A stretch of DNA of 64,000 nt, taken from assembly GCA_943350765.1 (NCBI GenBank), contig CALRAJ010000001.1:16873-80872 (forward strand), given 5' to 3'. Within the stretch, counting starts at the first letter, position 1. Every line of letters begins with the position of its first letter. Positions 15,734 through 24,672 of this stretch are shown one piece after another. A program made the translations under genes and the position numbers. Origin of the DNA: Candidatus Tayloriibacteriota bacterium (GTDB lineage Bacteria; Patescibacteriota; Minisyncoccia; Phycocordibacterales; PALSA-1337). The notes under the pieces were generated by a model that saw nothing but the letters and a program-made list of their open reading frames with translations, was not told where the DNA came from and searched no databases.

Positions 15734-18664
15734 ATGACCCCAAAGAATACCGAAGCTTTTGATACTGCATATAAAAAGCTCAATAAAAAGCAAAAGCTTG
15801 CCGTGGATACTATCGAGGGACCAGTGATGGTAATCGCTGGGCCTGGGACTGGTAAGACGACCATTCTAACTCTTCGTATTGCGAACATTCTTCGTCTCAC
15901 CGACACACCACCGTCTGGCATCCTTGCCATAACTTTTACTGATGCCGGTGTCAAAGCGATGCGAATGAAACTCCGCGAAATCATAGGTAGCCGAGCTGAT
16001 GAAGTGCATATCCATACCTTCCATGGTTTTGCTGTGAGCGTATTTGCGGAGTTTGCTGATCATGTTCCACACATTTCTCGTTGCAAGCAGATCACTGACA
16101 TCGAGGCTGAGGACATTATTCGGACTATTCTCAAAGATATTCAGTTCAAAAAGCTTCGCCCAAGCGGTGAGCCAGACTTTTATGTACGCTCTATTCTCGG
16201 TGCTATAAGTGAATCCAAAAGAGAGATATGGACACCAGAGAGGGTAAAAGAGAACGCGGTTTCTGAGATAGATTTTATAAAAAATGACGAGGCATCTATC
16301 TCTACTCGCGGCGCGACGAAAGGTCAGCTCAAAGCCGAGGCAAAAAGCCGTATCGAAAAGTATGAGAAGACCATTCTTTTTTCAGAAATATACGCAGAGT
16401 ATGAAAAACAGAAGCGGATACAGAAAAAGATTGATTTTGACGATCTTATCTTTGAGCTTGGACATGCCCTTCGCACCGATGAGCTTTTACTCAGACTATT
16501 GCAGGAAAAGTTTCTATATTTAATGGTAGACGAGCATCAGGATACTAATGACGCTCAAAACCTCCTCGTAGAGACCATCGCTACTTTTTTTGAAGAGCCA
16601 AATCTTTTTGTTGTGGGAGATGAAAAGCAGGCTATTTACCGCTTTCAGGGTGCTTCAGTCAAAAACTTTTTAAATTTTGAAAGTATCTGGAAATCTATGC
16701 GGGTGATCTCACTCGAGGACAACTATCGCTCCCATCAGCATATTTTGGATGCCAGCTTTTCACTGATAGAAAATAATTATAATGGTGATGAACATCAAAA
16801 ACTCAGAATAAAGCTTCGGACAGGAAATAGCGATACAGCCCGACCCATCGAGCTAGTATTGGCTGGCAACACTGCTTCAGCTGACAAAATTTTGATAGAT
16901 CGGCTCAAGGCGAGAGTGGCGATAGGGCAGACGACTGCGGTGATCGTGCGTCGTAACCGTGATCTGGAGCGAGTAGCCACTCTTTGCGATGCCCATGGTA
17001 TCCCAGCAGTTTCAGAACGAGGAGTAAATATATTCGAACACCCGATCGGCTCATTATTTTTCGATCTACTTGCATTTTTAGCTGATCCATCAAATCTCGA
17101 GGCTCTGGCAATAACCTTTGCTGGTGGTCTTTGGGGTGTACCTCTACCTACCTCATCAAAATATATTAGATTGATGCGAAGTGGTTCAATAGAGGAGGTG
17201 GTAAAGGCCGTGCCTGCTATTACCGAGCTTGTCAGCGAGCTTACCGAGCGTGGCTCGCTTAGCTATCTAATCTTTGTCGCTGAAAAATCTGGCTTGCTCC
17301 CACTCGCCCTAAAAAGTCCACTTTCAGCCGAGGTGTGGCGTGGTATAGTGGCCTTGGCGACCGAGCTATCCTCACGCAACCTTGCAGACGATCCAAGGGC
17401 TTTGATACAGGCATTGTTAGCTTATAAGGTGGCAGCTGAGTCTAGGAGTGTTAAGGTGCTTTCTGGTAGTCCAGATGCAGACATAAGAATAATGACTGCT
17501 CACGGCTCAAAAGGTCTCGAATATGATGAGGTAATCATTCCTTTTGCTGTCGAGGAGGCATGGCTTCCCAGACCTCGTTCCTCGTCATTTATTCTACCTA
17601 GACAAAAGACCGAGGGCGATGAGGTTTTAGATGGTCGCCGACTTTTCTATGTGGCAATGACTAGGGCTAGAAAACATGTTACGATCATCACTCCGCTCGA
17701 GGATTCTACAGGAAAAATATTTACACCACTTAGATTTCTATCTGAGATTGCAGAAAGTTCTGTTTTGAAAGTCGAGGTACCGAGCATACCAGACGACGCT
17801 CGAATCCTCGCAAATACTCGCGGTGAAAATAGACGAGGCGAAGCTCTGGTTTCTTATACCAAGTCTATTTTACTTGAAAAAGGCTTGTCTGTTACTGCAC
17901 TCAATCATTTTCTAAAATGCCCGCAAGAATTTCTATATAAAAGTATTTTAAAAGTACCAGAAGCACCCTCTGTAAGTTCGGAAAAAGGAAATGCTATGCA
18001 TGAAGCTATTAGGGGAGTATGGCATTTGAAGGATAAAAGTGAAACAGCTATCACAGAGGAGCTAGTATCTTCGGTAAAAAGCTATTTCGAAAAGTCACTT
18101 TTACCATCATTTGAAAAAGAGTCACTTTTACCAGAATTCCTTGAAACACTACCTCTGGTGGCTCATGCCCTCATAAACCATTTTGTTTTGGAGGGGGAGG
18201 TCGCAAGCGAGTCGTGGGCGGAGACTATTTTTGAAAGTAAATATGATTTGTTGTCGGTAAGTCTGCCTCTACACGGCAAGCTGGATACAATAGTTTTGCA
18301 AGGTGATCGTGTGCTGGTATTTGATTATAAAACCAAAGAAGCTATGACCACAGCTTCTATAAAAGGGGAGACGAAAAGTTCTGACGGAGGATATTTTAGA
18401 CAGTTGGTATTTTATAAAATCCTGCTTTTGTCGCAGGCAAAATATGCTGGAAAATCTATTATACCAATACTAGTTTTTGTAAAGCCAGATAGCAAGGGAC
18501 GGTGTGCAGAGGTAACACTTCCGATTACCGAAGATGATGTAGTAGAAGTCAAAAAGGAGATCGCTTCACTGGTCCATGCCGTGTGGTCAGGTAAGATTAT
18601 TTCTATGACTTGTGATGATGATATTTGTGGCTTCTGTAAGATGTCTCGGGTGGTAAGGGGGTAA
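15734..18664 (+). CDS. UvrD/PcrA-family helicase fused to a C-terminal PD-(D/E)xK (RecB-like) nuclease domain with a Cys cluster (AddA-like)
   Basis: Walker A (AGPGTGKTT) and UvrD motifs (VDEHQDTN, VVGDEKQAIYRFQGA, TAHGSKGLEYDEV) are present. A C-terminal VFDYKTKE motif precedes a CDDDICGFC cluster. Confidence 0.8.
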   Translation: MTPKNTEAFDTAYKKLNKKQKLAVDTIEGPVMVIAGPGTGKTTILTLRIANILRLTDTPPSGILAITFTDAGVKAMRMKLREIIGSRADEVHIHTFHGFAVSVFAEFADHVPHISRCKQITDIEAEDIIRTILKDIQFKKLRPSGEPDFYVRSILGAISESKREIWTPERVKENAVSEIDFIKNDEASISTRGATKGQLKAEAKSRIEKYEKTILFSEIYAEYEKQKRIQKKIDFDDLIFELGHALRTDELLLRLLQEKFLYLMVDEHQDTNDAQNLLVETIATFFEEPNLFVVGDEKQAIYRFQGASVKNFLNFESIWKSMRVISLEDNYRSHQHILDASFSLIENNYNGDEHQKLRIKLRTGNSDTARPIELVLAGNTASADKILIDRLKARVAIGQTTAVIVRRNRDLERVATLCDAHGIPAVSERGVNIFEHPIGSLFFDLLAFLADPSNLEALAITFAGGLWGVPLPTSSKYIRLMRSGSIEEVVKAVPAITELVSELTERGSLSYLIFVAEKSGLLPLALKSPLSAEVWRGIVALATELSSRNLADDPRALIQALLAYKVAAESRSVKVLSGSPDADIRIMTAHGSKGLEYDEVIIPFAVEEAWLPRPRSSSFILPRQKTEGDEVLDGRRLFYVAMTRARKHVTIITPLEDSTGKIFTPLRFLSEIAESSVLKVEVPSIPDDARILANTRGENRRGEALVSYTKSILLEKGLSVTALNHFLKCPQEFLYKSILKVPEAPSVSSEKGNAMHEAIRGVWHLKDKSETAITEELVSSVKSYFEKSLLPSFEKESLLPEFLETLPLVAHALINHFVLEGEVASESWAETIFESKYDLLSVSLPLHGKLDTIVLQGDRVLVFDYKTKEAMTTASIKGETKSSDGGYFRQLVFYKILLLSQAKYAGKSIIPILVFVKPDSKGRCAEVTLPITEDDVVEVKKEIASLVHAVWSGKIISMTCDDDICGFCKMSRVVRG

Positions 18665-18687
18665 AACATTCTTTCGTATTTGTTAAA

Positions 18688-18954
18688 TAAAGTTTAGCCT
18701 CGTCCTATCCCCGTAGCAAGCTATTCCCTCGGATTACCTCGGCGGGGTATTAGGCGAGGCATCCGCTTAGCGAGCAGTAGTCGTATGACTACATCAGGGT
18801 AAACTTTGTTGTAGTCATACGACTACTGCTCGCTCAATTGGAATTGAGCGGATGTAGAAGTGTCGGCTCCGCCGACCCCATCCTCATTCTTGCGGATTCA
18901 TCCCCGCGGCAAGCCGTCGGGGTATTCTCCACAATTGCAATAAAAAGCTCACAA
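18688..18954 (+). repeat. GC-rich highly structured element, copy A (a perfect 24 bp stem GCGAGCAGTAGTCGTATGACTACA/TGTAGTCATACGACTACTGCTCGC plus several CCCCG/CGGGG hairpins)
   Basis: GC content is far above its surroundings, and there is no ORF. An inverted, partly deleted second copy lies at 45586-45812. Confidence 0.6.
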
Positions 18955-19010
18955 ACCAAGCGTTGTGTGTGCAGGATTTGACCATGATGTTTTTTAGGTC
19001 GATGGCTCAC

Positions 19011-19050
19011 TGGTAATGATAAAAAAGCAGTGAGCCATCATAATTTTTTA
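19011..19050. repeat. hairpin GATGGCTCACTG...CAGTGAGCCATC flanking GC-rich element A
   Basis: An inverted repeat. A similar hairpin (GATGGCTCAGTG...CACTGAGCCAT) flanks copy B at about 45347-45388. Confidence 0.45.
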
Positions 19051-19181
19051 ATCAAAAATCGTTCACAAGAAGTCGTTTATGGTAAAAAGTCTAAATGGCT
19101 ATGTAGAGCCGTACTCAAAGGCTAAACACTAGTGTTTAGCCGTTTAATAGGGTATAGTCCAACCACTTTTATGACGGGTAC

Positions 19182-19934
19182 CTATTTCAGCTCAGATATT
19201 ATTGTATCCAAAATTGTCTTCATGTTTTCGTACGGGTACGCACCATTTAGTGGAATTGTAATTCCATCTTTTGTGATTATAAACACATAAGGCGTTCCCT
19301 TTACACCAGCTTTGACACCATCATCTAGATGTGACTGGATTTTATTTTTAAAAATTCCTGAAGCGAGGCAGGTATCAAATGAATTCCTGTCCACACCCAC
19401 CTCTACAGCTGTTTTTGCAAGTAAGCTTTCTTCAAGTGTATTGTTACCCTTTGTAATTTCAAAGATACGGTGTACAAATTTCCAGAACTTTTCCTCGCCA
19501 CCTAGCTTTGCTACACACTCTGACGCCTCGGCTTCTTTGCGAGCTTTTGGGTGAATTTGATCAAGCGGAAAGTGTCTATATACCCATGCAACTTTACCAT
19601 CTTTACCGTATTCATCTATAATGCGACGCATTATGGGGTGAAAGTATTGACAGGCAGGGCATTCGAGATCAGAAAACTCAACAATCTTGACTGGCGCATT
19701 GGGACTACCGAGAATATGATCGGCACTCGTTATGGGAATAATATTTACATTTGCCGAAGCGGGTAATGTATTTTCTACATTTGAAATCGGAACTGAAACT
19801 GGCTTCTTGCTATAATACAAAGCTCCTGCAATGAGAAGACCCGCAATAATAATAGCCATAGGTACGGTGAGAATGTTCTCTTTTGGATTTTCTGGATTAC
19901 TTTTGACAATGACTGGTTCTGGGTTATTTTCCAT
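19182..19934 (-). CDS. DsbA-family thiol:disulfide oxidoreductase, membrane-anchored
   Basis: An N-terminal TM is followed by a thioredoxin-fold CPAC active-site motif (DLECPACQYFH). Confidence 0.75.
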   Translation of the reverse strand: MENNPEPVIVKSNPENPKENILTVPMAIIIAGLLIAGALYYSKKPVSVPISNVENTLPASANVNIIPITSADHILGSPNAPVKIVEFSDLECPACQYFHPIMRRIIDEYGKDGKVAWVYRHFPLDQIHPKARKEAEASECVAKLGGEEKFWKFVHRIFEITKGNNTLEESLLAKTAVEVGVDRNSFDTCLASGIFKNKIQSHLDDGVKAGVKGTPYVFIITKDGITIPLNGAYPYENMKTILDTIISELK

Positions 19935-20023
19935 GTTGATTTTTTATTTAAATATATTTGTCTGATTATAGCATGTTCTTTGAGTTTTTGTCTTGTGTAT
20001 AAAAAAGACAACCTTTGATTTAC

Positions 20024-20032
20024 TTGGCTTTT
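20024..20032 (+). promoter_or_regulatory. extended -10 box TGCTATAAT, 16 nt upstream of the zupT start
   Basis: Read from the sequence. It belongs to the recurring TGCTATA(C/A)T family. Confidence 0.35.
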
Positions 20033-20048
20033 GTGCTATAATACATAA

Positions 20049-20768
20049 ATGATTATATTCATCGCTATTACCACAGTCGTTTTTACTCTTTTTGGGGGTC
20101 TGTTTGCAATCAAATATCAGGACAAGTTGCACCTTATTTTGGGCTTTAGTGCAGGGGCGGTGATTGGGGTGGCATTTTTTGACCTATTACCCGAGGCTAT
20201 AGAGCTTTCTGGGACGACACTGAGTATTTCAGAAGTTACTAGCGTAGTGGCTCTGGGTTTTATTTTATATATGCTTTTAGATCGTTTTGCTTGTGGTCAT
20301 GGGCATGATGCAGAAGATCATTGCGAAAATGAAAATCATCGTGGGCAGATTGGAGCGGGGAGTCTGTCGGTGCATAGTTTTCTAGATGGTATGGCAGTCG
20401 GACTGGCATTTCAGGTTTCAACAGAAGTGGGTACTGTGGTAACGATTGCGGTTTTAGCACATAAGTTTTTTGATGGACTGAACACTGTTAGTTTGATTTT
20501 GAAAAATGGTGGCACTCAAAAAGTGGCGTTTAAATGGTTGGTAATCGGTGCTATTGCTCCAGTATTAGGTATTATTTCTACCAGACTTTTTTCCTTGCAG
20601 GAATCGTCACTAGGTATCATGCTCGCTTTGTTTTGTGGTTTCTTTTTGTATATTGGTGCTAGTGATTTACTTCCCGAAAGCCACCATAGACACCCTACAT
20701 ACTGGACTACATTTGCTACTGTGCTTGGGGTAGCCGTTTTATACGGATTGATTAGGGTGGTTGGGTAA
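20049..20768 (+). CDS. zupT: ZIP-family zinc transporter
   Basis: A polytopic membrane protein with a His-rich loop (HGHDAEDHCENENH) and a ZIP signature (HSFLDGMAVGLAF; AHKFFDG). Confidence 0.75.
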   Translation: MIIFIAITTVVFTLFGGLFAIKYQDKLHLILGFSAGAVIGVAFFDLLPEAIELSGTTLSISEVTSVVALGFILYMLLDRFACGHGHDAEDHCENENHRGQIGAGSLSVHSFLDGMAVGLAFQVSTEVGTVVTIAVLAHKFFDGLNTVSLILKNGGTQKVAFKWLVIGAIAPVLGIISTRLFSLQESSLGIMLALFCGFFLYIGASDLLPESHHRHPTYWTTFATVLGVAVLYGLIRVVG

Positions 20769-20771
20769 ATA

Positions 20772-21012
20772 CCCCAAATTACGAAATGCGTTGAAGGCGT
20801 ATCTTTTAAATGGACTTTCACATCAGTTAGATGATGTGTTCCTGTAGACGGCGCAAGGTGGGTAACCGAGACTTGAGAGATTTTCTAGCAAGAAAATACT
20901 CGTGTCCCGTCTACAGATGGTCTATTAGTTAGGAATAGACATCTGTGGACGATCTATCACTAACCGATAGACCTTTAAAAGATATGTCGAGAAAGTGTTT
21001 TGTAATTTGGGG
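20772..21012. repeat. MITE-like palindromic element, full length, + orientation
   Basis: The termini CCCCAAATTACGAAATGCG...TGTAATTTGGGG form inverted repeats. It contains a CTGTAGACGG...CCGTCTACAG inner palindrome and the conserved core GTAACCGAGACTTGAGAGATTTTCTAGCAAGAAAATACTCGTG. Confidence 0.75.
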
Positions 21013-21061
21013 TAAATTCTGCACAACCGCGTTAGTACAGACGGTGGTTTTTTATAAAATC

Positions 21062-21769
21062 CTACTCTCTACGCATTGGAGCCTTTTTTACAATCTCTAA
21101 AATCTCTTCTATACTGTCTGTGATTGTGTAAATATCCATCTCCCTTTTATCAATAGAACCATGTTCCTCGTATAAATCATTAAAAATAGTGTTCTGAAGT
21201 GGTTGCCAAAAATCCTTGCCAACGAGTATTAGAGGTACTTTTGGAATCTTGTGTGTCTGTATTAGTGTGACTAGTCCAAAAAATTCATCTAGCGTCCCAA
21301 AACCGCCTGGAAAAAAGATATAGGCTTCTGCAGAAAATGCCAGAATCACTTTTCGAGTAAAAAAGTAGTTACATTCGATATATTTTTGAACAAATTTATT
21401 TATATGTTGTTCGTGAGGAAGTTTGATGGTTACTCCTAGAGATATTCCCAGAGCCTCACTAGCCCCTTTGTTGGCCGCTTCCATAATACCTGGACCACCA
21501 CCCGTAACAATAGCGTAGTCATGGTCAGTAGCAATCCTTTTGGCAAGATCGTAGGCTGTAATATAATGCGGGTTGTCATCAGCAAATCTGGCAGAACCAA
21601 AAAATGTTACAGACTTTTTGTGTGGGCGAATAAACTCAAAACCATCTCTTAGTTCTCGGTGGATCATCTCTAGTTTATCAGCAGTTTCCTGATCAAGCTC
21701 GCCACCGAGTATTGGCTCGCTATTATCCGAGTACATGGATTGTTTTAAAAGTTTTTTAAAAAGATTCAT
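21062..21769 (-). CDS. LOG-family protein (TIGR00730-type Rossmann fold; cytokinin-riboside-5'-monophosphate phosphoribohydrolase-like)
   Basis: Contains the LOG motifs VTGGGPGIMEA and GGFGTLDEFFG. Confidence 0.8.
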   Translation of the reverse strand: MNLFKKLLKQSMYSDNSEPILGGELDQETADKLEMIHRELRDGFEFIRPHKKSVTFFGSARFADDNPHYITAYDLAKRIATDHDYAIVTGGGPGIMEAANKGASEALGISLGVTIKLPHEQHINKFVQKYIECNYFFTRKVILAFSAEAYIFFPGGFGTLDEFFGLVTLIQTHKIPKVPLILVGKDFWQPLQNTIFNDLYEEHGSIDKREMDIYTITDSIEEILEIVKKAPMRRE

Positions 21770-21826
21770 GTAAATAGTATAGCATGAAAAACTTTTTTGT
21801 ATTATGACATTCTCAAATGTGCCTAT

Positions 21827-22657
21827 CTATTCCTCTGGATTTGTCATACTGAGACTTTGTAAAAAGTCTGTCAGCTCATCACCTTGGATTTCTCGATACT
21901 GCCCCTCATTTATCTCGCCGAGTTCTATATTCATAATACGAATACGCAAAAGGTCTAAAACTTCTTGATGTAGCACCATGCACATACGGCGTATCTGCCT
22001 TTTTTTGCCTTCGGTCAAGACCATTCGGAAATGTTGATCATCTAGCTTTACTATTTCACATGGTTTGGTCTGGTAGCCATCATCGAGCTTTACACCAGCA
22101 CCCATTCTCTGTATAAAGTTATCATTTATTGTTTTGTGGACACGGACGATATACTCCTTGCTGTGGATATATTTTGGGTTTAGGAGCTTGTCGGTAATAC
22201 GACCATCGTCAGTGAGGATAATAAGTCCTCGGGAGTCCTTGTCCAGCCTGCCTATTGGAAAGACTTTTTTAGGAAAGTGAGTGATGTTGATAATACTTTT
22301 TTCTCCACCTTGTGGAAGATTGGTCACAATACCGACTGGCTTGTTGTAGGCATAGTAGGTGCGTGTTTCGGGAGCAAAATCGCGTGGGAGATTGACTTCA
22401 ACACTATCACTCTCCTGCACTTTGTCACCCAAGGTTGCCTTTTTGTGATTGATAAAAACCTTGCCAGAAGAGATAAGCACATCTGCTTTGCGACGAGTGC
22501 AGTAGTTTTTGAGCGAGAGGTAACGGTTGATACGGATAGGGTATTCGATGGTCTGGGTTTCAGGAATAGAGGCTTTCACCACTCTTTTTATCTGAGTTTT
22601 CTCGATAGGCTTGGTTTTTGGTGTTTTTGCTCTGGGTTTATACATAAAGCGAATCAT
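21827..22657 (-). CDS. rluB: pseudouridine synthase, RsuA/RluB family, with an S4 RNA-binding domain
   Basis: A basic N-terminal extension is followed by an S4 domain and the catalytic motif PIGRLDKDSRGLIILTDDG. Confidence 0.8.
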   Translation of the reverse strand: MIRFMYKPRAKTPKTKPIEKTQIKRVVKASIPETQTIEYPIRINRYLSLKNYCTRRKADVLISSGKVFINHKKATLGDKVQESDSVEVNLPRDFAPETRTYYAYNKPVGIVTNLPQGGEKSIINITHFPKKVFPIGRLDKDSRGLIILTDDGRITDKLLNPKYIHSKEYIVRVHKTINDNFIQRMGAGVKLDDGYQTKPCEIVKLDDQHFRMVLTEGKKRQIRRMCMVLHQEVLDLLRIRIMNIELGEINEGQYREIQGDELTDFLQSLSMTNPEE

Positions 22658-22721
22658 AACACAAAACTATAGAAATTACAATGAAAAAGCGACTTTGTCC
22701 ATTTTGGGTCTGGAATGTTAT

Positions 22722-22751
22722 TTGACAAGTCTACTCTATGTATGATATACT
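22722..22751 (+). promoter_or_regulatory. sigma70-like promoter (TTGACA, 18 bp spacer, TGATATACT) upstream of the 22861 gene
   Basis: Near-consensus -35 and extended -10 elements are read from the sequence. A GC-rich leader of about 95 nt follows. Confidence 0.4.
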
Positions 22752-22860
22752 AGGGGGTAGAATAGTTGCCGAGCTGTTCACGGATGACATGAAGTATTTT
22801 GTAGGTCGCAAGCCTGCAAAATGGCCGAAAGCCCATGTTCCGCAAAAAAGGCGTTGACAA

Positions 22861-23541
22861 ATGAAAACAGAAAGCAAAGCTACGAAACTACGGATTGAGG
22901 AGTTGTTGGAAATCGTTCCTGCCGAGCTGGTAGAGGTTTATCAGCGGAGGAGTATTAATACCCAGTCGCTCGCAGAGATGGTACAACAGTACAAGGGTCT
23001 AGGAAAAGAGCGTTGGTGGGTATTTTTTCGTCTCCTCAGTTTGGTTGGCTTTTGGGCCTTGGTTAATTTGGGTGGTTTGCTCGATGCCTTTTTTGTTCGT
23101 TCCTTTCCATTTTTTATCATTTCAACCCTAGTTACTATACTTATCGGGGTGTTGCTCCTCAGGAGATCCGATCAATTGAGTATGGAAGGGTGGACACTCA
23201 AGGAAAAGTTCGATCAGTTTGAAAAGACTATCTGCAGACTCGACCCCTATAGCAAGGGCGAGGTTCATGCAGAACATCTTACTCACAGAGCTGTACACGA
23301 TCTGCTAGTGCAGTTTGCAGTCAATGTCATTGAAGTTGAGAGGAGAATCAAGGTAATGCGACCAGATTTTGGTTATCCAGTCATTACACTCTCGATTGCC
23401 ATCAATAGTCTCGCTTTTCGTGATGGAGAATTCACCGACCTGCTGTCTGTTGCTACCGACCTTGAGAGAGTGCCTGCCACTCAGGACAGGGCTTATTTCT
23501 TTCAAGTCGCAGAGCGTCAACTCGATGCCATGAAGACATGA
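22861..23541 (+). CDS. hypothetical membrane protein, 226 aa, GC-richer than neighbouring genes
   Basis: A long ORF with two central TM helices. No family was recognised. Confidence 0.5.
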   Translation: MKTESKATKLRIEELLEIVPAELVEVYQRRSINTQSLAEMVQQYKGLGKERWWVFFRLLSLVGFWALVNLGGLLDAFFVRSFPFFIISTLVTILIGVLLLRRSDQLSMEGWTLKEKFDQFEKTICRLDPYSKGEVHAEHLTHRAVHDLLVQFAVNVIEVERRIKVMRPDFGYPVITLSIAINSLAFRDGEFTDLLSVATDLERVPATQDRAYFFQVAERQLDAMKT

Positions 23542-23807
23542 TACGGCATAAGCACGAAGTCATGCGATACTCCCGAGTTAGTTGAAATCTCGATTCCGCC
23601 GACCTTTTCCCAAGGGTCTGCGGTTTTTTATTTAAAAAAATATCTCACAACTTTTGGTCGGATGATTTATTTACTATAATTTTTGATTTTTATACTAGAG
23701 TGCGATAGACTAGTGAGGTCGGCGGAAGGTTTAATGATAATTAAAATAATAACAAAATCTCTCGTGTTTTTTAGGGTAGTACACGATACGATTTTATAAA
23801 ATCAAAT

Positions 23808-24395
23808 ATGAGAAAATTAAGTACAAATGAATCGATTGGTGCAGGTGTTGGGGTGATTGTAGTCCTCGGATTACTAATATTTGGTAATCCTAGTATAAAG
23901 TTTTCGAATAACCCAGAGACTGCAAATACTCCAGATGAATTTGATCAGCCACCACAGAGAGATATAATACAGACAGAAATAGAAAGCGAGAATATTGAAA
24001 AAGTTACAGCTACGACAACAACCCCATTAAAAACAACTACAAAAATCATGCCAAAAGAAATCACTACAAAAGAAGGTCTCAAATATACTGATGTTGTCAT
24101 CGGTACAGGAGCTACAGCTGTGGCAGGTAAGGAGGTAACGGTGCATTATACCGGAACATTCGCAGACGGCAAAAAGTTTGATAGCTCGGTAGATCGCGGT
24201 GAGCCATTCCAATTTACACTTGGTGCTGGTAAAGTGATCAAGGGTTGGGATCTAGGGGTGGCTGGTATGAAAGTGGGTGGCAAGAGACAGCTCACTATTC
24301 CTGCGACACTTGGGTATGGAGCAAACAACTACGGACCTATTCCGGGTAATTCTACGCTTTTGTTTGATGTGGAGCTTTTGGAGGTTGGGAATTAG
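23808..24395 (+). CDS. FKBP-type peptidyl-prolyl cis-trans isomerase, membrane-anchored or secreted
   Basis: An N-terminal hydrophobic segment is followed by an FKBP domain (YTGTFADGKKFDSS...FQFTLGAGKVIKGWD...PATLGYG). Confidence 0.8.
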   Translation: MRKLSTNESIGAGVGVIVVLGLLIFGNPSIKFSNNPETANTPDEFDQPPQRDIIQTEIESENIEKVTATTTTPLKTTTKIMPKEITTKEGLKYTDVVIGTGATAVAGKEVTVHYTGTFADGKKFDSSVDRGEPFQFTLGAGKVIKGWDLGVAGMKVGGKRQLTIPATLGYGANNYGPIPGNSTLLFDVELLEVGN

Positions 24396-24421
24396 TTATA
24401 GAGAATTTTATTAAAGTTTAT

Positions 24422-24622
24422 AAATCCCCGAACTTCGTTGAAGGTGTATCTTTATAAAGGACTTTCACATCGTTAGATGATGTGTTCCTGTAGACGGCGC
24501 CATGCGGGTAGACGAGACTGAGAAAAATTTCACCAGAAATTTATGAGAGCCCCGTCTACAGGTGCCTATCCCTAACCGATAGGCTTTATAAAGATATACC
24601 GAGAAAGAAGTTCGGGGATTTA
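24422..24622. repeat. MITE-like palindromic element, variant subfamily with termini AAATCCCCGAACTT...AAGTTCGGGGATTT
   Basis: It shares the internal arms (GTTGAAGGTGTATCTTTATAAAGGACTTTCACATC...) and the inner CTGTAGACGG...CCGTCTACAG palindrome. The core is partly replaced. Confidence 0.65.
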
Positions 24623-24672
24623 TTGTAGTACCCATTCCTCTGTTATTGTAGTCATGGCATAAAAAATAAAAA

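Noticed and set aside
18688-18954. GC-rich structured element as tmRNA, RNase P RNA, SRP RNA, 6S RNA or a group II intron domain
   Set aside because: I looked for the hallmark motifs of these RNAs: the tRNA-like GGTTCGA T-arm of tmRNA, P4 and the GGAAAGTCCGG motif of RNase P RNA, the SRP domain IV AGGAAGCAGC motif, and a domain V-like hairpin with an AGC triad. None was found. The second copy has lost one arm of the main helix, which argues against an essential housekeeping RNA. It is kept as an unclassified repeat or ncRNA candidate.
22277-22672. 131 aa + strand ORF
   Set aside because: It is antisense within the pseudouridine synthase gene (21827-22657), whose catalytic motifs are clear.
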